21,074 nt of DNA from Candidatus Micrarchaeota archaeon (GTDB taxonomy: Archaea; Micrarchaeota; Micrarchaeia; Norongarragalinales; UBA8480), in NCBI GenBank assembly GCA_043805855.1, contig JAZDHP010000021.1, forward strand, positions 1 through 21,074. Reading direction: 5' to 3'. Within the stretch, counting starts at the first letter, position 1; each line of letters begins with the position of its first letter. The notes under the pieces were generated by a model, which saw only the letters and a list, made by a program, of their open reading frames with translations, had not been told where the DNA came from and ran no database searches. Both the position numbers and the translations under genes were made by a program. Positions 7,948 to 15,136 of the stretch are shown here, piece by piece.

Positions 7948-8370
7948 ATGGAAAAATATAAATATCTAGAACACAAAGTAGACGTACTATTCGAAAGCTA
8001 CGGTTTTAAGCTAGAGGAAGCAATTGAAAACGCAGCACAAGCTACGTTTGAAACAATTGCAGATACCAGTAAATTGGAAGAAGATGAAAAAGTTGAAATT
8101 GAAGAAGATGCTGGGACGCTAGAAGAGTTAGTTATATTTGTGCTTGGCGACCTCGTGTCAGAAGCTGACAGCCGCGAGTTGTTTTTCAAAAAGTTTAAAG
8201 TCACTTCGCTGAAGCAAGTTGGCGAAGAGTGGCAGTTGAAAGGCTACGCGCTTGGGAGTGAAATGAAACCCGAACTCGGCGGGATACTAGTAAAAGCAGT
8301 AACGCACCACGAGTGTTCAGTAAAAAAACAAGGCAACATCTGGACAATACACGTGCTGCTTGACATATAG
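7948..8370 (+). CDS. Archease (RtcB cofactor)
   Basis: YKYLEHKVDV, ENAA, VKAVTHH and terminal LLDI. ATG 7948 is the likely start. Confidence 0.92.
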   Translation: MEKYKYLEHKVDVLFESYGFKLEEAIENAAQATFETIADTSKLEEDEKVEIEEDAGTLEELVIFVLGDLVSEADSRELFFKKFKVTSLKQVGEEWQLKGYALGSEMKPELGGILVKAVTHHECSVKKQGNIWTIHVLLDI

Positions 8371-8379
8371 GTTTTACAA

Positions 8380-8952
8380 ATGGCTAAACTTGCAGTTGAT
8401 ATTGTTTTGCTTCCGCCTGAATGGGTTATGGACAAAGCAATTGAAATAAATAAGCGATTAGTTAAGGTTGGAAGTAAGCTTGTTCTTGACAAGCAAAAAG
8501 TCATTCCGCATATGTCTCTGGCAATGGGCGTTTTAGAAGAAGCTTATTTACTCGAGGTAAGTGAAATACTTAGTAGCAAAATCGCGCCTAAGTTCATGCC
8601 AATTGAATTGCATGTAACTGGTGGCGATAAGGAAGAAGGCAATGGTTTTTCAATTGAACGAACGCCGAAGTTACAGGCGCTTCACGAAGAAGTAATGCAA
8701 AGTTTCTTGCCGTTCTTTACTTATGAAGCTCCTCAAGAGACGTATTTTTGTGAAATTAACCCGCAGTCTTTCAAGTTTCTTCCAAGTTTCAAGAAAGAAC
8801 ACGCTTTTGAAAATTTTAACCCGCATATTACGCTAGGAAAAGGAAACGCGGGCGAGCTAGAGTCATTCAAATTCACAGCAACCAGAATTGCAATTTGCCA
8901 CTTGGGCGATTATAATACTTGTAGAAAAATCTTATTTGAGTGTAAAGCATAA
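8380..8952 (+). CDS. 2H phosphoesterase (2'-5' RNA ligase / cyclic phosphodiesterase superfamily)
   Basis: Two HxT/S motifs, PHMSL and FNPHITLG. Confidence 0.85.
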   Translation: MAKLAVDIVLLPPEWVMDKAIEINKRLVKVGSKLVLDKQKVIPHMSLAMGVLEEAYLLEVSEILSSKIAPKFMPIELHVTGGDKEEGNGFSIERTPKLQALHEEVMQSFLPFFTYEAPQETYFCEINPQSFKFLPSFKKEHAFENFNPHITLGKGNAGELESFKFTATRIAICHLGDYNTCRKILFECKA

Positions 8953-8971
8953 CTAATCTTGTATGCGCTTA

Positions 8972-9721
8972 CTAGATTGAATGTTCTTCCACTTGCCACT
9001 CGTTTTTGCCTTTGTCAAAGCGGCAGCGGAACATTTTGACGTTTTGTGCTCCTCTTTTTTTGGCTTTTACCATTTCTGCAGGGGTGAGCATTCTTTGTTT
9101 TTCTAAGTGATCGGCAAGTCCAACATGGCCTGTTCCTACTAAAATGCCAATTTTTGTATGGCCAGTTTTTTCAGCTAATATTTGTATCTTGTGTGCAATT
9201 ACTTTGTTACGCCAAACAACGAGGGGATTAATTTTTCCAATTGCAGAGATTATTGCGCGAGAAATTTTCCTTTTTTTTGCATTTCCACTTCGTTGTAACC
9301 ATAAGCCATTTATTACTGCAGGCGAGCTAACTGCAGCGGCTAATGCGCCGCCAGGTCCAAGTAAAGCTAAACCACCAGCTGCACGCAGAAAAGCACTTGC
9401 GGCTATAACTGCTGTTGAACCATGTAGCTCTAAGTTACTGGAGCCCGGGTCACCTAGCCAAATTTCAGTTCCACTTTTCTTTGCCGCGTTTATTACGCCT
9501 AACGTTCTTTTCCAATAATCGGTATACTCCGTTCCTGCTTTTGGAAAAGTTTTATTTAACCTTGTTTTTGCTTCTTTGGCTGTTCTTATTTGTATAGAAC
9601 CGGTTTCAAGAAAAACTGCATTTAATTTTTCAACTGGAAGCTCACTTTTTCTTTTAGAACCATGATAGTCTAATTCCATTAAGTAATTTCTCCTTCCACT
9701 TTGAAATGGCAAAATTCCCAT
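8972..9721 (-). CDS. Hypothetical basic protein, distantly TraB/PrgY/Tiki-like, with a central hydrophobic segment
   Basis: H(GS)..AVFLE, D, WRNKVIAHKI and ILVGTGH resemble the TraB-family motif order. Confidence 0.55.
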   Translation of the reverse strand: MGILPFQSGRRNYLMELDYHGSKRKSELPVEKLNAVFLETGSIQIRTAKEAKTRLNKTFPKAGTEYTDYWKRTLGVINAAKKSGTEIWLGDPGSSNLELHGSTAVIAASAFLRAAGGLALLGPGGALAAAVSSPAVINGLWLQRSGNAKKRKISRAIISAIGKINPLVVWRNKVIAHKIQILAEKTGHTKIGILVGTGHVGLADHLEKQRMLTPAEMVKAKKRGAQNVKMFRCRFDKGKNEWQVEEHSI

Positions 9722-9725
9722 TAAA

Positions 9726-9965
9726 TCACTTAATTACAGCGAACCCATCGTTCACAACTTTCAAATCTCTCATTAGCGTCGTAGTCATTGCACGCAACGC
9801 CGTAAAATCATTAGCCGTAATCGTTGCAATTAACTTTTCTTTCTTTACTGCTATGTTCACTTTGGCGCGCATGTTCACATCGTCGTTCTTTGTTTCTTTA
9901 ATTATCTTCGCCGCTTGTGCCGCTTGTTTAGCGTCAGTAAATTCAACTTCGAGAATAGTTTTCAT
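9726..9965 (-). CDS. pcc1: KEOPS complex subunit Pcc1
   Basis: 79 aa; ITANDFTALRAMTTTLMRDLKVV matches the Pcc1 signature. Confidence 0.85.
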   Translation of the reverse strand: MKTILEVEFTDAKQAAQAAKIIKETKNDDVNMRAKVNIAVKKEKLIATITANDFTALRAMTTTLMRDLKVVNDGFAVIK

Positions 9966-10077
9966 TTGTGTATTTTCAGCTGTTAGTCTTTAGCTTTTCC
10001 TCGTTAAAAATCATTTACTTTAGCGAGGCGCACAGATTATTAACAAAAACGCGTCTAATTGTTTTGTTACATTTGTT

Positions 10078-10566
10078 ATGTCTCCAATTATATTGATTAT
10101 TCGCGGTCCAATGGCATCTGGCAAGTCTACGGTTTGCCGTCTTTTGGACGAGAAGTTGCCCAACTTTTTGTTCCTTGACCGCGCGCACATTAAAGACACG
10201 ATGTTGAAAAAAGCAACTGATAGAGTGCTAGCTAGAAAGTTGAGCAAAGATGTAATTTACCAAATGATGCGCGAGCTAATGCCGTTGAAATTAAACTTAC
10301 TTTTGCAAGAGCACAGCGTGCCTTCTGTAAACAAGTGGCTGGGAGATTTGGTTGAAAAGTACAATTATCGAATTGTTTCAATTTACTTATCGTGCGATGT
10401 TGAAACTGCAATTAAACGCGACTGGAAGCGGTGCGGAAAAACTAGAGTTAATTTAGTAAAGGAAATGCACTTACATTCCAAGCCGGACAAAGAAGATATA
10501 ATTATTAACACCGACACGCATCGCTTGGAAGAAGTAGTGCACATGATAATGCACGAGCTAAAGTAA
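10078..10566 (+). CDS. P-loop nucleotide/nucleoside kinase (AAA_33-like)
   Basis: Walker A RGPMASGKST and lid motif LSCDVETAIKRDWKR. Confidence 0.85.
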   Translation: MSPIILIIRGPMASGKSTVCRLLDEKLPNFLFLDRAHIKDTMLKKATDRVLARKLSKDVIYQMMRELMPLKLNLLLQEHSVPSVNKWLGDLVEKYNYRIVSIYLSCDVETAIKRDWKRCGKTRVNLVKEMHLHSKPDKEDIIINTDTHRLEEVVHMIMHELK

Positions 10567-10600
10567 CTTTAAGGGTTTAGTTGCTTTTTTCTTTTTGGTC

Positions 10601-11014
10601 TCAAGCGTTTGCAATTGTCATTTTTGCACGGAACGCTGGTTCGCTTAACCTTCCGCCTAGAAAGTCAGTTACGTCTTTTATTTTTACGGTGACTGTTTCA
10701 ACTGTTTGTCCAGAGTGAGTTTCTATTTTCAAATTTTCTACTTCTGGTGTTGATGCAGCTACTGTTCCCATTACAAAAAATTGCGACGCGTCTTTGTCAA
10801 TATTAGCTGGCAATTCGTAGGCGACAATTACTTGATTTTGTGTAACGTCTACAACTGCGTCTTCAATACCGCTTGCAACTAGTGCAGAGTATATTTCTGA
10901 GTTTTTCTCATTTGCGCTTAACTCTTGCGGTACTGGCCAGAAGTTAATTACTAAAATTGCAAGTACTATTATTACAACTATTCCAATAACGATTTTTTTC
11001 AGCATTTTTAACAT
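10601..11014 (-). CDS. Hypothetical N-terminally membrane-anchored protein
   Basis: KK followed by a hydrophobic helix; starts 4 nt after the upstream gene's stop, so probably co-transcribed. Confidence 0.75.
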   Translation of the reverse strand: MLKMLKKIVIGIVVIIVLAILVINFWPVPQELSANEKNSEIYSALVASGIEDAVVDVTQNQVIVAYELPANIDKDASQFFVMGTVAASTPEVENLKIETHSGQTVETVTVKIKDVTDFLGGRLSEPAFRAKMTIANA

Positions 11015-11018
11015 TTTT

Positions 11019-12755
11019 TCACCCTATTCTTATTGCATAAGACGCGCTTCCTTTACTGGTAACAGCTGCGCGTTGTGCTGTGTAAGCAGTTGCAGCTACG
11101 TACATTGCCTTGTAGCCAGTTTGTGAAGTTGTTGGTATTGTTAATCTTGAAGTAGTTGTTGTAGTTTGGCTTTGGTAATTTTTGTATGCTGTTGTAGTTT
11201 GCGTGTAAATTCCGGCTGTTGCGCTGTACTGCTGTGGTTTTGAAGCGATTAAAGTTTGCGTTTTTTGACTGGTATATCCAATTAAACTTCCGCTTGGATT
11301 AACCGCAATTACGTTTGGCGGAACTTTTGTTGCTGGAATTGGATAAATGAGCGCCACGTTTTTTGGACTTGCTATTAAGTTTGCAGGGTAACCTTCGTAG
11401 GTTATTTGCTTTGCAGGTGTGTCATATGAAACGGTAAATGTACTTACTGGCGGTTGCACTATTTGTGCAATTCGTATGACTAGCCCAGCAAGCGCAATTT
11501 TAACCGCTCCGCCTGTAGTTGTAGAGCTTTGTTTAATGCTGCCGTCACGCAATGCAGCTAGTAAAACTGGCACAGAATAGCCTGAATTTTTAATGCGGTC
11601 AAAAGTACTTGATGTTGTTGTCAACGTAATGCTTGGGTTAGTGTAGCCGTCTTTTTTAACTTCTTTAAGTGCTCCGTTTGTAACTAGTAAACCGTACTTA
11701 ACTTCCTTGTCTTCTGCAGCTATAGCTACATTAACTTGTTCACTTCCAATCAAAAAGCCAACTACAGGCGGGACATTAGTTCCGTCGCGTATTAAAGTGG
11801 CTGTTTTGTTTTCGATTTCCCTACCAATTGAAACGTCTTTTGGAGTTGTGTTGAAAACTTTTGCAAATGGATCTGTTGTCAACGGAACGTACCTAGTAAC
11901 GTCGATGCTTGGTATTAGTTTGAAATTTTCACAAGTGCAACCGCAGCAAGTTCGTAGAATCTTTGTATCTGGATGATTAGCGTAGGGTATTTCTTCAGTT
12001 GTGCAGTTAGTTATCTTGCATTTCTTTTCCTTCCAAATTTGCCACCATGGAATTTTCTCTTCTCCCTCGCAGTACATTTTCATCCCGTAGTAATAGCCGC
12101 CTTCTTTGGTTGGCTCGCCGTTTATAACTCTATCAATAGCTTGTTCTTTTGTCTTGCCGTTGTTACTTCCAGGGTCGTTGCTGCGTCCATCTCCATTTGG
12201 ATCAGTAAAGTAATGATCTTCGCATCGGTTGTTTGGTTTGTATTCAATGCAAGGCCATGCGCCACATGAAAAACTACACGCTATTTCTAAACTTTCATCT
12301 TCAGTGCCAAACTTTGTCCCAGTTGTTTTGTTTGTTTTACCATAAAGAACAGTTTCGCTGTGAATTGCCTCTTGTAAAACTAATTTGCCTTCTCGGTCAA
12401 CAATTAAATCGTGCGGAGGGCAGTCCCACTTTCCAACAATAGCATCTTCAACATTTACGACAATGGACGGGTTTCGTGGTGTGAAACTCTTTGCGGAAAT
12501 TGTACGCATGACCCACCAACCGCCTGGGTTTAAGTTCAAACGCTCGGCGTAATCTGCACAGCTTTTAATTGCGTTGTCCTGTGCTTTCTTACAATAGTCC
12601 TGCGCTTTTTGCGGCCAATTGGCAATGTTTACAGTTCCCTTGTCAATAAAATCTTTTCCAGTGTCCTGCGCTCCGCTTGCGCCAAAAACATCAAAAGCAA
12701 AAACAGGAGTAACTAAAAGCATCAGTGCAATTATTGGAATTAGTAAACGTTTCAT
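11019..12755 (-). CDS. Secreted Cys-rich multidomain protein with an SCP2-like middle segment and Thr-rich tail
   Basis: Signal peptide MKRLL..VFA; 14 Cys in the N-terminal half; AGGTAGGG SD upstream. Confidence 0.8.
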   Translation of the reverse strand: MKRLLIPIIALMLLVTPVFAFDVFGASGAQDTGKDFIDKGTVNIANWPQKAQDYCKKAQDNAIKSCADYAERLNLNPGGWWVMRTISAKSFTPRNPSIVVNVEDAIVGKWDCPPHDLIVDREGKLVLQEAIHSETVLYGKTNKTTGTKFGTEDESLEIACSFSCGAWPCIEYKPNNRCEDHYFTDPNGDGRSNDPGSNNGKTKEQAIDRVINGEPTKEGGYYYGMKMYCEGEEKIPWWQIWKEKKCKITNCTTEEIPYANHPDTKILRTCCGCTCENFKLIPSIDVTRYVPLTTDPFAKVFNTTPKDVSIGREIENKTATLIRDGTNVPPVVGFLIGSEQVNVAIAAEDKEVKYGLLVTNGALKEVKKDGYTNPSITLTTTSSTFDRIKNSGYSVPVLLAALRDGSIKQSSTTTGGAVKIALAGLVIRIAQIVQPPVSTFTVSYDTPAKQITYEGYPANLIASPKNVALIYPIPATKVPPNVIAVNPSGSLIGYTSQKTQTLIASKPQQYSATAGIYTQTTTAYKNYQSQTTTTTSRLTIPTTSQTGYKAMYVAATAYTAQRAAVTSKGSASYAIRIG

Positions 12756-13020
12756 TTTTTCCCTACCTCTACAAAAGACAAAACATCAATGGTTTAAAAT
12801 AGTTGCGATAAGAAAAAAGAAAAAACAGTATTAACTAAAAGAATCATTTAAATTATTGTAATTAGTAAACTTTTATTTTTTTCCCTACCTATACAAAACA
12901 AAAAACAGGATTAAAAAAAAGAATCTGTTAATTTATTGTATTTATTAAACTTTTATTTTTTTCCCTACAAAAACAAACCAAAAAACAACATTGTTTTAAA
13001 ATTGTTGCGATAAAAAAAAA
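12693..13020. repeat. Degenerate ungapped triplication of the upstream gene's 5' end (probable assembly artefact)
   Basis: Copy A 12693-12818, copy B 12815-12898, copy C 12895-13020 (offset 202 from A). B versus A shows 12/84 mismatches, 11 of them C>A or G>T. Confidence 0.85.
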
Positions 13021-13028
13021 TAAAAAAA

Positions 13029-13265
13029 CGCCGAGGACGAGATTTTCGAGTTCTCCCGGGTTTTCTTTTCCGTGAGGCTTTTCTTTTCTCAAAAGAAAAG
13101 GTTCGTCGAACTCGCAATCCCTTGCGGGAACTAGCTTACAAATAGGGAAACGCTTCGTGTTTCGGTCTCCCTAACTCAAGGCTAGCGCATTGCCATTGCA
13201 GAAGGCTTCTTGGCCAGAGGTCTAAAAGGCCTGCGGCCTGAGCGGCCTTTTTCTGCCACCTCGGC
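13029..13265 (-). tRNA. tRNA-Ser(UGA) with three introns (13196-13250 at 15/16; 13137-13174 at 37/38; 13043-13104 at 59/60)
   Basis: Removing the introns gives an 82-nt cloverleaf: GCCGAGG TG GCAGAATGGCAATGC G CTAGC CTTGAGA GCTAG TTCCCGCAAGGGATT GCGAG TTCGACT CTCGT CCTCGGC G. Long variable arm, G73, no encoded CCA, located downstream of tuf-rps10. Confidence 0.92.
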
Positions 13266-13355
13266 AGTTAATATTACTTTTAGTAGGCAAAGTTAATATT
13301 TGCATTTATTTTGTGCTAAGTGGCAAATTCAAAGATTGTTGTATAAATAGTTGTT

Positions 13356-13661
13356 TTAGCTCAGTGTCATTTCTATATGGACGGAGTAGGGGAATCGCAT
13401 TCTCATTACTTCGCGGAGAACTCGGTCGTCTGCGTCGATTTCTATTAAGCGTTTGTGTACTCGGAGTTCCCACTTTTCATAAGTGTCAGAACCATCTCCA
13501 CAGGGAGTCTTGCGAGTAGAAATTTTCAAGTGCTTTGTTGGAAGTGGAATTGGGCCTTTTATGGCTACGCCTGCTTTTTTCGTTATATCCCGAATTTGGC
13601 TACAAACTGAGTCCAGTTCAGGAACGTTTTGACTTTCAAGTTTAATGCGTGCTTTGCCCAT
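13356..13661 (-). CDS. rps10: 30S ribosomal protein uS10
   Basis: KARIKL, GPIPLPTK, TRKTPCGDGSDTYEKWELRVHKRLI. ATG at 13661. Confidence 0.98.
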   Translation of the reverse strand: MGKARIKLESQNVPELDSVCSQIRDITKKAGVAIKGPIPLPTKHLKISTRKTPCGDGSDTYEKWELRVHKRLIEIDADDRVLREVMRMRFPYSVHIEMTLS

Positions 13662-13710
13662 TTTTAAAATCACAAAATTAAATTAAAAAAATAAAAAAAT
13701 TAAAGAAAGC

Positions 13711-14988
13711 TTAACTTATAGCTTTCCTTGGAACTATATCGAGAATAATTCCAGCTGCAACTGTTTGACCCATGTCTCTCATTGCGAACCTACCTAGCGC
13801 GGGGTATTCACTGTACTTCTCTGCACAGGTTGGCTTGGTTGGCCTTATTTTTACAATTGCAACGTCTCCAGTTTTAATGAAATCTGGGTTCTTTTGCATT
13901 GTGCCGCCCGTCTTTGGGTCTTTCTTCTCGATAATTTCAGTAATTGTACATGCAACTTGTGCGGTGTGCAAGTGGAACACTGGCGTGTAGTTCTTTCCAA
14001 TTGCAGTTGGGTGGTTTAACACAACAATTTGCGCTGTGAATTCCTCTGCAACTGTTGGCGGTGCCTTCGGGTCTCCAACGACGCTACCGCGTTTAATTAG
14101 TTTTTTGTCAATGCCTTTAATTACGAACCCGACGTTGTCGCCAGGGATTGCTTGGGTTAGCTGCTGGTGGTGCATTTCAATGCTTTTTACTTCGCCGGTA
14201 GCTCCGTCTGGCATTATTATAACTGTAGTGTTTGGTCTTAAGATTCCAGATTCAACACGGCCTACTGGAACAGTTCCTTGGCCAGTGATTGTGAAAACTT
14301 CTTGGATTGGTAAGTGAAGTGGTTTATCAGTTGGTTTTGGCGGGCAGGTAAGTAAGTCAAACGCTTCAAGGAGGGTTGGACCAGCGTACCAGGGAGTTTT
14401 GTCGCTTTTCTTAACGATGTTGTCGCCAAAGTAAGCGGATATTGGAATAAATGGAATTGAGTCAACTTTGTAGCCCATTGGTTTTAATTTTGCAATGAGA
14501 GCTTGCTTGGTTTCCTCGTATTTTAAGCGGTCGTAGTTAACTGCGTCCATTTTATTAATTGCAATAATAAACTGGCCTACTCCAAGCACTTTAAGCAAGA
14601 AAGCGTGTTCAATTGTCTGTGCTTGTACGCCATCTTTTGCCGAGCATACAAGAACTGCTGCATCTGCTTGTGATGCGCCGGTAATCATGTTTTTAACAAA
14701 GTCCTTGTGACCAGGAGCGTCAATAATCGTAAAGTAGTATTTTTGCGTGTGGAAATCCCTGTGAGCAATGTCAATCGTTACTCCACGTTCACGTTCTTCC
14801 TTGAGCTGGTCCATTGCGAATGCAAATTCAAAAGTTGCCTTTCCAACTTTTGCAGCTTCTTCTTTTAACTTACGCAAGTCGTTTTCACTGAGCGCGCCAG
14901 TGTCGTACAAGATTCTTCCGACTGTAGTTGACTTTCCATGGTCAACGTGGCCTGTGAAAATCAAGTTCAAGTGTGGTTTATCTGCCAT
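13711..14988 (-). CDS. tuf: Elongation factor 1-alpha
   Basis: GHVDHGKST, ERERGVTID, DAPGH, NKMD, LGRFAMRDMGQTVAAG. Confidence 0.99.
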   Translation of the reverse strand: MADKPHLNLIFTGHVDHGKSTTVGRILYDTGALSENDLRKLKEEAAKVGKATFEFAFAMDQLKEERERGVTIDIAHRDFHTQKYYFTIIDAPGHKDFVKNMITGASQADAAVLVCSAKDGVQAQTIEHAFLLKVLGVGQFIIAINKMDAVNYDRLKYEETKQALIAKLKPMGYKVDSIPFIPISAYFGDNIVKKSDKTPWYAGPTLLEAFDLLTCPPKPTDKPLHLPIQEVFTITGQGTVPVGRVESGILRPNTTVIIMPDGATGEVKSIEMHHQQLTQAIPGDNVGFVIKGIDKKLIKRGSVVGDPKAPPTVAEEFTAQIVVLNHPTAIGKNYTPVFHLHTAQVACTITEIIEKKDPKTGGTMQKNPDFIKTGDVAIVKIRPTKPTCAEKYSEYPALGRFAMRDMGQTVAAGIILDIVPRKAIS

Positions 14989-15136
14989 TTTTTAAAATTC
15001 CCCCTATGTATCGTATAGTTTATAAAAACTTCAAAGTGCGCGTTGGTGACGAAAAACAACTCAATTAGTAGCTTTGTTTTTCAGCCAGTCACTTGGCGTC
15101 GCTATTAATAGAGCGTCAACTAGTTTAAAAGCTTTT

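Noticed and set aside
12693..13020. CRISPR array or leader
   Set aside because: The units are 80-125 nt copies of a gene start with no spacers, and there are no cas genes.
13029..13265. tRNA-Sec or suppressor tRNA
   Set aside because: The anticodon is UGA (reads UCA, Ser), not UCA, and the acceptor and T stems are standard 7/5.
13266..13300. Direct repeat AGTTAATATT (13266-13275, 13291-13300) as an att site
   Set aside because: It is short and AT-rich, lies on the 5' side of the tRNA, and is better explained as TATA/promoter sequence.
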